From contig CAWGMQ010000008.1 of assembly GCA_963823665.1 (NCBI GenBank), forward strand, positions 1,344,001 through 1,408,000: a stretch of 64,000 nt of DNA, written 5' to 3'. The DNA is from an uncultured Planctomycetota bacterium (lineage in GTDB: Bacteria > Planctomycetota > Planctomycetia > Isosphaerales > Isosphaeraceae). A program made the position numbers and the translations under genes. The notes beneath the pieces were generated by a model. That model worked only from the letters and a program-made list of their open reading frames with translations, searched no databases and had not been told where the DNA came from. This document shows, one piece after another, positions 34,175-45,193 of the stretch (position 1 is its first letter; each line of letters opens with the position of its first letter).

Positions 34175-35284
34175 TCACACCCTCCCCGCTTCGAGCGCGC
34201 CCTCCACTTCGTCGTCACTCGGAAATCCAAACTCGACCAGATCCAGCTCGAGCGCCGCTGCCGCCGAAGCCCGTCTGGCGGCCGCGCAGATCAAACCCTC
34301 TTCTACAACCCGCGATCGAGCATCCCATCTCTGGTTCAGCAACGACGCGATAAACGCGGCCGCGTAAGCCTCGCCCGCCCGGTTCGTGTCGCGCGGCGGC
34401 TTCGTCCTCGGGAAGGCTTCGACTTTGAACGTACCGGGCTCACCGCTCGGCTTCGAATACCGCACCATGCTTCCTCGCGGACCATCCGTCACGACCACAA
34501 TCGCGACTCGCCGGCGCACCTCTTCGCGATCCTCGAGCGTCTCCCACTCGATCCGGTTGCAGCACAGCACGTCGATCGTCCCTGCGAACCGAGAGACGGG
34601 AAACGCCCGATCGAGCACGTTCCGCATCGCCGGTGCGAAGAGCCGCACGCCCGCGCCCGGGGCGGTCAGCACGCGCGCGGCTAGCTCGTTGGGCAACGAG
34701 GCAACGACGCGAAGCGCACACGATGTGCCGGCCAGCGCCAGATATCGACCCGGATCGACCGCCTGATGGCAGCCGCGAAATCCGATCGGCAGCTTGTCGC
34801 CGAACTCGCCGCTCGTGATCAAAAGCGTCCAGTCCGCCGGATGATCCGGGACACGCGTCGCGCAGTGGGTAATGCCGAGCTCGTTCAATCGCCGCGAGAC
34901 GGCCTCGCTTGTGGGGTCATTCTCCGGCCCAAGCACGCTCGAGAGAGTTCCGTGCAACGCGGCCGCGTAGCCTGCGCCCATTCCTCCCAGGTCATCGTGC
35001 CATTCCAGCGCGCGCAGTCGCCGCTTGCCCACTGCGCCCTCGCGAAGCCTGCTCGCCAGCGAAATCTCGCCGGCCGGCCCGGGCCAATCGCCGGGAAGTT
35101 CCAGTTCCAGGGTGTAGCCCGAGGGATCAATGACATCGATCCGGCCCGCGCGAGTGAACTTCCACGCGCCGTCGGTGCTCTGATCATAGGGCGGGCCGAG
35201 GGAAGGATCGAGGAGTGGGCGGTCGACGCGCAGCACTCGATCGAGATAGGCCGGACCAAAGACCTCGACGCGTCTGCCGGTCAT
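34175..35284 (-). CDS. PfkB/ribokinase-family carbohydrate kinase
   Basis: LGGMGAGYA, CCNRIEW, VVTDGPRGS and DTNRAGEAY (a variant of DTxGAGD). Confidence 0.8.
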   Translation of the reverse strand: MTGRRVEVFGPAYLDRVLRVDRPLLDPSLGPPYDQSTDGAWKFTRAGRIDVIDPSGYTLELELPGDWPGPAGEISLASRLREGAVGKRRLRALEWHDDLGGMGAGYAAALHGTLSSVLGPENDPTSEAVSRRLNELGITHCATRVPDHPADWTLLITSGEFGDKLPIGFRGCHQAVDPGRYLALAGTSCALRVVASLPNELAARVLTAPGAGVRLFAPAMRNVLDRAFPVSRFAGTIDVLCCNRIEWETLEDREEVRRRVAIVVVTDGPRGSMVRYSKPSGEPGTFKVEAFPRTKPPRDTNRAGEAYAAAFIASLLNQRWDARSRVVEEGLICAAARRASAAAALELDLVEFGFPSDDEVEGALEAGRV

Positions 35285-35413
35285 GCTCGCACCTGGGTGG
35301 ACGTCGATTGCGTCAAACCTGCGGACCCAGCAGACTTATATACGCACGGTGTCGCCGTAACTCAACTATTGATTATACTATGAGGCGAACGCTTTGCTGG
35401 AGTGGTCGGGATC

Positions 35414-36311
35414 ATGGCTCGGGAGATGACTTTGTCGACAGAATCCGAAATCCTGGTGGAATCGCTCGATCACCCGGTGGATAACGCGCCTGTCCGTTCT
35501 CTGCATCACCGCGGCTTGACGATTGAGGGGTACTCGCGCGCGGCCGTGCAAACGTACTGGCGAGTGCTCGAGATGAAGCTCGGTTTTGACCTGGGCGGGC
35601 AACCCTGGTCGTTCATGTCCACTCCCACTTGGTTCGTGAGCCATGTGCACCTGGACCACGTGGCGGCTCTGCCTGTGCTCGTCGCGCGACGTCGGATGAT
35701 GAGGATGGAACCGCCCACGATCTACTTGCCGGCCGAGGCCGTCGAGGGCGTGGAATTGCTCATGCGCAGTTCAGCGGCTGGACCGCGGCCGCATGCCGGC
35801 CAACCTGGTCGGCGTTGTTCCCGGTGACGAGCTCGAGATTTCCCGGGAGCTGGTCGTGAAGGCATTTGCCACCAAACACACGATTACTTCGCTCGGTTTT
35901 CTGGTCTGGGAGCGCCGGAAGAAGCTCAAGCCCGAGTACCACGCCTTGACCGGCGACCAGATCCGCGACCTGCGGCTCTCCGGTGTCGAGGTTTCGGCCG
36001 AAATCCGGATTCCCAAGGTGGCGTACATGGGGGATACAGCGCCTCAAGGCCTCGATGCGTTTCCTGAAGTCTACAAGGCGCAGATCCTGATCACCGAGAT
36101 GACGTTCGTCGCGCCCGGCGAGCGCGCCTCGGTGATCCACAAGTTCGGCCACACCCACCTCGACGACCTGATCGCCCGCGCCGACCGCTTCGAAAACGAG
36201 GTGATCATCGCCTCGCACTTCAGCACGCGCCTGCACCCGGACCAGATCCAGCGGATCGTCGAAAAGCGGCTCCCCGAGTCCCTCCAGAGCCGGCTGAAAA
36301 TCTGGCTCTGA
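35414..36311 (+). CDS. Metallo-beta-lactamase-fold hydrolase, TM-type tRNase Z-like; frameshift near 35768
   Basis: [43 protein letters not shown] and HFSTR. ORFs 35402-35827 and 35793-36311 join. Confidence 0.8.
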
Positions 36312-36341
36312 GTAACCCAACTCAACATCCTCCCGCGCAGG

Positions 36342-38171
36342 TCAGTGCATCTTGATCTGCTTGCTCTGCATTCGGGGCGCGCTCAACCCATCGGGTCGTC
36401 CAATCCCGCCGGTATCCCCCGTCAGCTTCTTGAGCGCCGCAGCCGCATCTGGCTCCTTGGCGGCCGCTCGTTTTTCACGGAAGCCGAGGGCCCGCTTCGC
36501 GAGTGCGTCTGCCTCCGCTCCTCGCCCAAGCTCACGTTCCACCCTGGCAAGAAGCTCAACGGAGTCGATCAGAGAAGGGTGATCCGCCGCGAGCGATTTC
36601 TCTTGCACCTCGAGGCCACGCCGGATCAGTTCACTTGCTCGCTCGAGGTTCTTCAATCCTTCTTCGGCCTGCCCCATGGTGACGAGGATCTTGCCACTGG
36701 CCGGGTGACCAGCGCCCGTCGTTTTGACGAGTGTAACGAGCGCCCGCGCCGCGAGCGCTCGGGCCTTCGCGTACTCATGCTGGCTCAGGTGATATTGCGC
36801 CAGGATTCGCAGGTTGCGCGCAAAGTCTGGGTGGTCGGTGCCCTCGCTCGCTGCGATAATCGCTTGCGCTCGCAGCAACATCGGCTCGACCTCCTTCCCT
36901 TGCCCACGCGCCAGAGAATTCTCCGCAAGCTCTTGCAGGTTGTCAGCAACCTGCGGGTGATCAAGGCCCCACCGCTTTTCGATGATGGCTATGGCCCGCC
37001 GAGCCAGCGCGTGCGCCTCGTCAAAACGACCGCGCAAGCGCGCCATTCGCGCACATAGCCGAAGGGAACCCGCCGTTTCCAGATCGTCCGGCCCGAGTGT
37101 TTTTTCGTAAAGCGCCAGTGACCGCCGCAAGAGCGGCTCGGCCTCATCGAAATTCCCACGGTCGACCAGCAGGGAAGCGAGGTTGTGCAGGCTCAGCGCA
37201 ACCGCATACGCCTGCCCAGCGTCCTGGAGCTCTTCGCGGATTTGGAGCGCCCGGCGAAGGTACGCTTCAGCCTCGGTGTAACGTCCTGTCGCGCCACAAA
37301 CAATGCCCAGACCATTCAGCGAACCGGCTAGTTGGGTCCGTGGCGATTCAGTCGAACTCTCCCGGATCTCGAGGGCGCGCCTCATCGACCGCTCGGCAGC
37401 CGCAAACCTGGCCTGCTTGTAATAGAAGCATCCCTGATCGTCAAGCGCCTGAGCGATCATCGGATCGTTCGGTCCAAGCCTCCGCTCGCGCAATTCAAGC
37501 ACACGGTCTGCCTGCGCGGCAGCCTTTGCAAAGTTCCCCTGTTCGCATTCGATCCAGGCGAGGCTGCTCATGCTCCAGGTCGGATCCAAGTCCCCAGGCT
37601 TCGACGATTTCTCCGACACCGCGATTGCTCGCTGATACATGACCCTGGCGTCGTCATATCGGCGCTGCTGCACATAGGATGTTCCCACCAGCGTGAGAGC
37701 ATACGCTAGCCTCGGCTCATCGACTGGCTGGGCATCCTCAATGAGCGAGAGAGCGCGCTTGGCCGGCGCCTCGGCGAGAGCCCCTCGCTTCTGTTCTTTG
37801 AGCGCGAAGGCAAGATCGGCGAGCGCCCGGAATAGTTCAAGCCGGTCGCGGCCTGCGTTGCTCTCCAGAATCCCGAGCGCCTCGTTCGCAAGTGGCTCGG
37901 CGTCGGCCGGCCGGCTCTGCGCGCCCAGTGCTTCTGCCAGATCGAGCGCGCTCGTTGCGACGAACAGCTCGCCCTGTCGAATGGTTCGCGCGACGTCGAG
38001 GGCCGTTCGGAATGATTGCTCCGCGTCACTGTGTCGGCCCTGGGCGATCGCAGCCCGACCCGACCCGGTAAGCCATCGCCATCGCAAGTACGGGTAGAGA
38101 AACGCGGTCGCGGCCCAGATTACCACGCCTGCGACCAAAGCCAGTCCGAGTGCGATTTTGAGACGCGACAC
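36342..38171 (-). CDS. Membrane-anchored TPR protein (kinesin light chain-like 42-aa TPRs)
   Basis: N-terminal TM segment; repeats of SLNxLA...GRY.EAE...RRAL.I.EK.LGP.HP. Confidence 0.85.
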   Translation of the reverse strand: MSRLKIALGLALVAGVVIWAATAFLYPYLRWRWLTGSGRAAIAQGRHSDAEQSFRTALDVARTIRQGELFVATSALDLAEALGAQSRPADAEPLANEALGILESNAGRDRLELFRALADLAFALKEQKRGALAEAPAKRALSLIEDAQPVDEPRLAYALTLVGTSYVQQRRYDDARVMYQRAIAVSEKSSKPGDLDPTWSMSSLAWIECEQGNFAKAAAQADRVLELRERRLGPNDPMIAQALDDQGCFYYKQARFAAAERSMRRALEIRESSTESPRTQLAGSLNGLGIVCGATGRYTEAEAYLRRALQIREELQDAGQAYAVALSLHNLASLLVDRGNFDEAEPLLRRSLALYEKTLGPDDLETAGSLRLCARMARLRGRFDEAHALARRAIAIIEKRWGLDHPQVADNLQELAENSLARGQGKEVEPMLLRAQAIIAASEGTDHPDFARNLRILAQYHLSQHEYAKARALAARALVTLVKTTGAGHPASGKILVTMGQAEEGLKNLERASELIRRGLEVQEKSLAADHPSLIDSVELLARVERELGRGAEADALAKRALGFREKRAAAKEPDAAAALKKLTGDTGGIGRPDGLSAPRMQSKQIKMH

Positions 38172-38183
38172 TGAAGCCTCGTG

Positions 38184-38588
38184 TTACGTTGCTGGGAGAA
38201 CGCCTTCGTCAATTAGTTCTTGCCGGAATCCGACACGATGATCGAGATTGATCTTGAGGACGCGAATCGTCGCCCTCCCAGCGGGCGTCTTGCCCACGAG
38301 TACAGACCCATCCCATCTAAAATGGCGCGACCACTTGTGGCGTCGAGGATTGAAAAGCGGGACAATTTTTCCCGACATGGGGTCGATACCAGCGATGTTC
38401 GGCCCTTTGTAACGGTTGCACGCAAAACAGCAAAGGCAAAGGTTGCTCGCCTTTGTCATACCTTCGTGATCTTCTGCGATGATGTGGTCGATCTCAAACG
38501 GAATTCGCTCGTATTTCTGCGGGATCTGGCAGTACTCGCAACGGTGCCCGGCTCGCCGCCGAACCAATTCTTGCAGCGTACGATCCAT
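38184..38588 (-). CDS. HNH endonuclease (putative toxin)
   Basis: RA..RCEYC, EIDHII, NLCLCC.ACN.YKG, LFNPR...W..HF.W and TP.GRAT. Confidence 0.9.
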   Translation of the reverse strand: MDRTLQELVRRRAGHRCEYCQIPQKYERIPFEIDHIIAEDHEGMTKASNLCLCCFACNRYKGPNIAGIDPMSGKIVPLFNPRRHKWSRHFRWDGSVLVGKTPAGRATIRVLKINLDHRVGFRQELIDEGVLPAT

Positions 38589-38594
38589 GCGTGC

Positions 38595-38900
38595 TCAATT
38601 CGTCCGTGCCTTCTTTTTCCCGACCCTATCGCGTCTCTTAAGCGAACGGCGGGCTCGCGACTGCAAGATATTCAGCAAGTGACCGACCAGTTCGTATCTG
38701 CCCGCGACGGCGTCTTCCTCGGCGGTCAGCGTGCCCGCACGAGCTTTGGCTGATAACTGCTTCATCCTCTCCTTATCAGCTTGATCGAAATCAAGAGCGA
38801 GAATCTCCCGGGCGGTCGCCGGAGAAAATGTCGGCGCGTCTGGGCGCAGGATTCGCTTCAGGATCGCTACCTCGCTGGAACCTGCGTGACTGAGGAGCAT
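38595..38900 (-). CDS. Small hypothetical protein upstream of the HNH gene (putative antitoxin)
   Basis: AAGGAAAGG RBS; ILALDF...DKERM.QLSAKARAGTLT.EE. This type of gene usually precedes such HNH genes. Confidence 0.7.
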   Translation of the reverse strand: MLLSHAGSSEVAILKRILRPDAPTFSPATAREILALDFDQADKERMKQLSAKARAGTLTAEEDAVAGRYELVGHLLNILQSRARRSLKRRDRVGKKKARTN

Positions 38901-39031
38901 AAGTTGCCCTTTCCTTACGAGGATCGACTCAGTCGAAGTATAGCATAGCGAGGTGTTCTGCGAGCACTCTCACCAGCGCGTCGATCGTGCCTTCAAGGCC
39001 GTCATGTGCTGAGCGAATCCCGTAAATCCCC

Positions 39032-39559
39032 ATGAAAGCGCGACGTGGTTACCCCTGCCGCCTGCGGATGAACGAGACCGTGGTATTCGTGATCTGGTAC
39101 TCCGATGAGCGAGACGGCTTCCTCCGCGACGAAGCTGGCGGGCTGCTTGCAGGCAGCACATCGGCAGCGCTGGCGGCGGCCGCGAAGGCGCACGAAGTCG
39201 ACCTCGTGCGAAATGAAACGGCCGAATACGATTTCGAACGAATCCGAGCATGGTGTATCGCGCCGGAAGCTGCAGGCATCGATTGCTCGTCGTTCGTGGA
39301 CGCCTGGAATTTCTTCGACGACCTGGCCGGGCTGTCGGTCGGGGCCGACACACCGTATACCCAACTGAGCCGCACTGGAAGCGCGTGCTACGACAAACTC
39401 TTCCTGAGCTGTAACCTACCCGCCCTCACCCCGCCCGGCGAGCGCTTCGAGCCTGTTTGGCAAGCAGCCGAGGTGGCCGAGATCCGCCAGTTACTGGGGG
39501 CGGGCCTTGACCTCCTTGCGGCAGAGATGGCTGCCACTAGTTGGTTCAATGCATCTTGA
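39032..39559 (+). CDS. Hypothetical protein
   Basis: 175-aa ORF with protein-like composition (WYSDERDGF, FVDAWNFFDDLA, YDKLF...NLPALTPPGERFEPVW). Confidence 0.6.
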   Translation: MKARRGYPCRLRMNETVVFVIWYSDERDGFLRDEAGGLLAGSTSAALAAAAKAHEVDLVRNETAEYDFERIRAWCIAPEAAGIDCSSFVDAWNFFDDLAGLSVGADTPYTQLSRTGSACYDKLFLSCNLPALTPPGERFEPVWQAAEVAEIRQLLGAGLDLLAAEMAATSWFNAS

Positions 39560-39800
39560 TCTGCTTGGTCTGCATTCTGGCGCATCCGCTCCTTAGATCG
39601 CCGAGGTTTCAACAGCCCAACCTCGCACCCCCTCACCTCCGACCGTGCAGTTGCCGGTTGACACCCGCTTTCCTTACGCGGCCATTATATTGATAACCAC
39701 CGAGCCGCCGGCGGCTCCCGAAAAATCGTGGGATTGGTTTGGCTCGTCCGGTGCATAGAACAGGTAAGAAGACACCGCAAGTGATCGAGAGGTTGCCCTG

Positions 39801-41189
39801 ATGAAGAGGATGGCGCTCGGGCTCGCCCCACGTAGTCTTGGCAGTTTGTTTCGCGACGGCGTCTCGACCGGCTTGTCCGACAAAGAGCTGCTGGAACGCT
39901 TTGCGACCAGCCGCGATTCTGCCGGTGAGCTCGCGTTTGCCACGCTCGTCGCGCGCCATGGGCCGATGGTCCTTGCCGTATGCCGCCGCCTGCTCCGCGA
40001 TCCGCATGAATCCGAAGATGCTTTTCAGGCAACGTTTCTCGTCCTGGTCCGGAAGCGCACCGGCATCCGGATCGACGAATCGCTGGGCCCGTGGCTCTAC
40101 GGCGTGAGCGTGCGCGTCGCCCGCCGCGCTCGGACACTTGCCTCCCGCAGGCGCTGGAGCACGCTCGACGAAGCGATCGCCGGGCGGACGCTCGAGCAAC
40201 GGCCTGCGTCAGACCCCGACCTCCGTTACGCGATCGACGACTTCCTGAGCGAGCTGCCGCCCAACTATCGTGCTGCGATCGTGTTGTGCTACCTGGAAGG
40301 GCTGACGCACGAAGAGGCTGCCGAGCGCCTGCATTGTCCCGTCGGCACCGTTCGCAGTCGCCTCGCCCGGGGCCGGGCCATTCTGAAAGAGCGGTTGAAT
40401 CGAGCGGGCCTGGCCCCTTCTTCGAATAAGCCGGTCGGCCCGACAGCGCGACCCGCTCGACCGAATACTCCGCGCCGGCATTGCTCGTTCCGTCACTGGT
40501 CGACTCGACCGCCCGCACCGCCGCCAGACTCGCCGCCGGCGAGCCCCTCGCACGCATCGTCCCTATTCGAATCGCGAACTCGTGACCGGAGTGACCCACG
40601 ACCATGACCTTCTCCAAGCTCGCGACCGCCGCTTCTCTCGTCGTCTTCGCCGGGCTGGTGGCCTGGGGTGTCGGCGGATCGGCCGCCCAGACGCCCCGCG
40701 GCGAGACTCAAGATCCCCGATCGGCCGCTGCTCCATCTCCCGAGCCGGGCCCCGGCACACTGCTTCGCTCGCCGCTCAGCAGCGCTCGCGCAAGACAGAG
40801 GCCGCTCAGGCCGACGACCGCACTGACGCTGCGGATCTCTCGATTCCCGACGACCTGCCCCCAGTCGTCGCTGAGCGTCGAGCCCAAGGTCGGTGCCGTC
40901 GACGTCGATCCCGACACTCAAGGAGATTCGCGTCACGTTCAGCAAGAAGATGACCGACAAGAGCTGGTCTTGGCCGACCGGCAACAAGTACGCGGCGCCC
41001 AAGGTCGAGGGAGGAACCATCCACTTCGAGCGCGATGGCCGTACCTGCGTCATGCCGGTCAAGCTGGAGCCGGGCAAGACGTACGTGATGGGAGTTAATT
41101 CCGAGAAATTCCACGGTTTCCAGGACACCGAAGGCCACCCCGCGCTGCCCTATCTGATTGTGTTCCGCACGAAAGGCAGCAGCCGTTGA
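39801..41189 (+). CDS. Membrane-anchored ECF sigma factor (ECF57-like) with C-terminal Ig/Big_5-like domain; several frameshifts between 40430 and 40920
   Basis: GLSD.ELLERF...AF.TLVARHGPMVL.VCRR.L.D...EDAFQATFLVLVRK and sigma4 YLEGLTHEEAA.RL.CP.GTVRSRLARGR; TM segment MTFSKLATAASLVVFAGLVAWG; tail IRVTFSKKM...WSW...KLEPGKTY. Confidence 0.8.
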
Positions 41190-41270
41190 GCTAAATGGCC
41201 TGTGCCGTCATCGTGCCGTCAGGCGTTAGTAGACTGGCAAGAAGAGGTGTGTCGATCGCTGGCGAAATGC

Positions 41271-41304
41271 ACCCCCCTTACCCCCCCTTCTTAAGGGGGG
41301 AAAA
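41271..41304. terminator. C/G-run hairpin between convergent genes (REP-like or bidirectional terminator)
   Basis: CCCCCCTT-CTT-AAGGGGGG at 41282-41300, followed by AAAA. It sits between the ECF (+) and S53 (-) 3' ends. Confidence 0.45.
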
Positions 41305-41329
41305 GGATGGGCGGGCGCTTTCGTGCGTT

Positions 41330-43349
41330 TCACCGTCCGCGGAAGCCTCCCCAGCGCTTCGACGGGAAGCTTGACGCGGCCGCCCGGCCTGGCAGCCAGC
41401 GGGTCTTGAACCGGCACGATTCGCGCATCGCGAGGTGCAATCCGCTCGCGGCGACCGCGGTCGCGCCAAAGACCGTTGAGAATTCCAAGACCTTAGCCTG
41501 GCCCAGGCGCCTTCTTGCTCGCGCCAGGAGGTCGAGCGAGGCCAGTGGGATCAGGCCGCCGTTTGACGCCTCGATCGCGTAGTCCACCGCGAACGGCGAG
41601 AGTCCCTGAGCCTGCCAGCCGCCAACCGGGCCCGGGGCCTGCTCGCCCTTGGGTGCATCGGCCGGATCGAGCGGTTGGAACGGCTCGACGACATCGATGA
41701 GCGCCGGAGAATCGGTTTTCGGGGCAAGCTGAGGCTTGAACGCTTTTTGCAAGCTCGGTTTCGAGCGCCTGGCCGAAGATGTTCTGCGAGGGCGGCTGTT
41801 CCGCCTGTAGCGCGCTCGCCGAGTTAATCATCTGGGCGAGCACCGGCGCACTGCTTGAACTCAGGTGCAAGACGACCGGCGGTGTCGGCGCCGGCACGAT
41901 GATCACCGGCGCGAGTGTCGGCGTGCCCGAGGTCGAAGTCGACGTCGGGATCAGCGCGGTGATCGAGGTCGTCGAGAGCGTGAAGGTCGACGATGTGGTC
42001 GTGGTTGAATCCGTGGTCGAGCTGCCGGAAGTGGCGGCGACATCGTTCCGATGGGTGGGCACCGTCGCCGTGACGTGGGTCGCGGTCACCGGGGTCGGTT
42101 GAGTCGAAGCCGGGGTGTTCAACTGTACGAGCGCGGAGACCACCTGGTTGGCCTTGGGCGTGCCCAATCCGGTGGTGAGAGCATAAGTGGTCGACGCCGA
42201 GCCGGTTGTCGCCGGATGGTTGAAGGCGGAGCTCGAGATCTGGTAGAGGCTCGACTGTGCGTTCGACAGCGAGCCAACACCGTTCAAGGCGAGTCCCTGG
42301 TTGGCCACCGCGATCAAGCCCGCCCACGACGGGGCGCCGACGCTCGTGCCGCCGACGGTGTACCAGTTCGTCCGCCCGAATCCGGAATAGGGGATCGAAT
42401 CGTAGACCGAGACGCCCGTCGACGGGTCGGCGACGAACGACACGTCGGGCGTGGTGCGGCCGCTTGAGGACAGCCCGGCGGCACTGGCGGCGGCGGCTTG
42501 CCATGTGGGCTGCGATTCAAAGGGACTGGTGCCCGTGCCGGTGTCGCTCCAGGGAGTTTCCGAGACATAGTTCCCCTGGCTCGTCACGTTGAGCGTCGTG
42601 CCGCCGACCGAAAGCACGTTTGGTGAGGCCGAAGGATATTCCGTCGTTCCCGAGTCGCCCGACGCGGCCACGAACGTCACGCCGTTGTGCCCCGCGGGCG
42701 TGGTGAACACGCTGTCATAAGCCGACTCGCCGGAGAACTCGTTGGCTCCCCAGCTCATCGAGACCACGGACACGCCCGGAAGCTGGCTCGCGAACGACAC
42801 TCCGCTGAACAAATCGCTCAGCGTCGGCTGTGCCTCGACGAGCACGATATTCGCGGCCGGGGCCATCGCGTGCGCCCATTCCACGTCGAGCGCCGTTTCA
42901 AGCGCCCAGCCCGAATTGATCTGCCAGAGGCCGTTCTCGACGTACTGCGTGAACGAGCCGGGCGACTGCAAGCCATACTGCGAATCAAATGTCTGAAGGT
43001 CGGATGCGATGTTCGGATCGTAGGACGCGTCGACGATGGCGATCGTTTGACCGGCCCCGTTGCCGGTGACGCTGCCGAAGTTGATCTGGTTCAACCCGTA
43101 CGCGTTCCTGACGTCGGTCGGCGACAGGCCGGTCGGGCTCGAGCTGGTGAAAAGGGGCGTGACGGCTACGGCGGGCTGGGCGACAAGATGTTGGAGAGGC
43201 GCACTTGCCGTTGCGGCCGACTGCCCGACCGAGAGGAGCTGGCGATGCTCCAGGGCGTCATAGCGAAAGGCGAATCGGCGGAGCCTACGGGACACGGTGC
43301 GGATCGCCGCGCCGACGCGCGCGACGTCCGAAGAGCTCAAGGTGTGCAC
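41330..43349 (-). CDS. Secreted S53 peptidase with Thr/Ser-rich linker and probable C-terminal membrane anchor; frameshift near 41750
   Basis: YDALEHRQLLS leader; WALETALDVEWAH, AASGDSG and GGTSVGAPSWAG. The C-terminus continues in ORF 41330-41752 (hydrophobic segment plus basic tail). Confidence 0.85.
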
Positions 43350-43464
43350 TTTCCCACCTCACCCAGTTGTTTGTTCAGGTTGATGCCAGGGGAAGACGTT
43401 GGCGATTATACTATAGACGTCGTATCCTCTGCCAAGTACCCGTCAACAGTTTCTCAGGACCAGC

Positions 43465-44007
43465 ATGATCCACCCCTGGCACGACGTCACCCCCGGCGAA
43501 CACCTCCCGTCTGAGTTCAATGCTCTCGTCGAAATTCCGATGGGCTCGAGCGTGAAGTACGAGCTCGACAAGAAGACGGGATTGCTGCGGCTCGATCGCG
43601 TGCTCTATTCGGCCGTCTATTACCCTGCCAACTATGGCTTCATACCTCAGACATTCGCCGAGGATGATGATCCGCTTGACGTGCTCGTGCTCTGCCAGGA
43701 AGCCCTCTGGCCGCTGACTCTGGTCTCCGCGCGTGCGATCGGCTTGATGACGATGATCGACGGCGGCAAGCGCGACCACAAGATTCTGGCAGTCGCCGTC
43801 CACGACCCGGAATTCAACAATTTCCGGGAGGCCTCGGAGCTTCCTCCGCACCGGCTCACGATGCTTCGGCGTTTCTTCCAGGACTACAAGCAGCTCGAAG
43901 GCAAATCAGTCGAGGTCGATGAATTCCAGCCCGCGGAGACGGCCCTGCCGGTGATCGAGGAATCACTCCAGCGCTACAGCCAGGCGCGGCGGCGCGGGTT
44001 TCATTGA
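43465..44007 (+). CDS. ppa: Family I inorganic pyrophosphatase
   Basis: VEIP.GS..KYELDK, YPANYGFIPQT, DDDPLDVLV and FFQDYK.LE.K. Confidence 0.95.
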   Translation: MIHPWHDVTPGEHLPSEFNALVEIPMGSSVKYELDKKTGLLRLDRVLYSAVYYPANYGFIPQTFAEDDDPLDVLVLCQEALWPLTLVSARAIGLMTMIDGGKRDHKILAVAVHDPEFNNFREASELPPHRLTMLRRFFQDYKQLEGKSVEVDEFQPAETALPVIEESLQRYSQARRRGFH

Positions 44008-44031
44008 ATTGATCGCTCCGCTTCGCGGTGC

Positions 44032-44799
44032 TTACGTCCTGTCGAATTCGTCGACTTTCTCCGAGCCTTTGGGAGCGGAAAACTTGAACGTGTCTTTGGC
44101 GATCTCGCCGTCGAGCTTCCAGCTCTTGTAAGTCTCGGTGGTGGTCACCTTGCCATCCGGCCCGTCGGCGATTCGGATCATTCTCAGGACGTACGGCTTC
44201 CCTTCGGCTGCGACCCACATTTCCCAATCGAATCCGTCCTGACTGAACTTGAGGCGGTGAACGGGAGCATCCCCCACTTTATCCTTGCCCACATAGGAGC
44301 AGGAATTCACTCCCAACATGAGCATGTCGCTCGGGTTTTCGGCCAGGATGTTGGCGAACAACATGCCGGTCAGCGTGGGTCCGACTTGCAGCATCATCAG
44401 TCCAATCTCTTCGAGTTTCTCGGGCGCAGTTTCCTGGGTGTATTGCTTGCGGCTCTTGCCGAAAATGGTGAGATTCTTGCCGTCGGCGATGATGTCGGGG
44501 CCCTTCGCCGGGTCGCCATCGACCTCCGTCTTGAGCGAAAGGTGGTTGGGCCGTTCGATATCGTAGACCGCTTTGACCTTGATATCACGCTTCTCGGCCC
44601 CGCTCCCCCCCACTGTGCTCACGAAGTCGCCTTCGGCGTGGAGCGACCTGGCGTTCTTGTAGAGATCCCCGGTCTGTTTGACGATGTCGACAACTTTCTT
44701 GTCGATCGCGTCGTCGGCGTGCAAGCGGGCGGTCATCGCCGGAACGAGCAACGCAAGCCCGGTCAGAAGTGCGGACACGAAAGGAGCGCGGCGGCTCAT
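44032..44799 (-). CDS. DUF2092-like (LolA-fold) periplasmic protein
   Basis: Signal peptide; ERPN.L, ADGK.LT, F.QDG.DW.MWV and F.F.APKG.EKV. Confidence 0.7.
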   Translation of the reverse strand: MSRRAPFVSALLTGLALLVPAMTARLHADDAIDKKVVDIVKQTGDLYKNARSLHAEGDFVSTVGGSGAEKRDIKVKAVYDIERPNHLSLKTEVDGDPAKGPDIIADGKNLTIFGKSRKQYTQETAPEKLEEIGLMMLQVGPTLTGMLFANILAENPSDMLMLGVNSCSYVGKDKVGDAPVHRLKFSQDGFDWEMWVAAEGKPYVLRMIRIADGPDGKVTTTETYKSWKLDGEIAKDTFKFSAPKGSEKVDEFDRT

Positions 44800-44986
44800 A
44801 ATGAATCTCCTGTTGGATCTCTGTCGAGGCGGAGGCCGGTTGATCGCGGCAAGAGCGACTTTCCGTCTCGTTGGTTCTAGCTCGGGGGTCGGCCTGACGG
44901 CGAGTTAACACAAGTTCCACGGCTGGCCGAAGTGAGGGTCGGCTGGACGGGACCGATCGCGCCGCTCCCGGTTGCAAAATAACGAC

Positions 44987-45193
44987 TTAGACGGCCGCGG
45001 CTGCCAGCAATGCGGCTTCGGGCTCGTTCACCTCGTCCTCGAACCGGAAGCAGCGCCAACCATTGGCCTGCTCGATGAGCAGGATCACCGGCTGGCGTCT
45101 CTCGGCAATGCGGTCGACCACGGTCCCGATGCTCGCGACACCGGTGTTCATCACGAACGAAACGACTTCGCCGACGGAAACAGAGCGATTCAT
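44987..45193 (-). CDS. Small hypothetical protein (68 aa)
   Basis: Strong GGGAGG RBS just upstream of the ATG; SH3/KOW-like pattern VGEVVSF...GTVV. Confidence 0.5.
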   Translation of the reverse strand: MNRSVSVGEVVSFVMNTGVASIGTVVDRIAERRQPVILLIEQANGWRCFRFEDEVNEPEAALLAAAAV

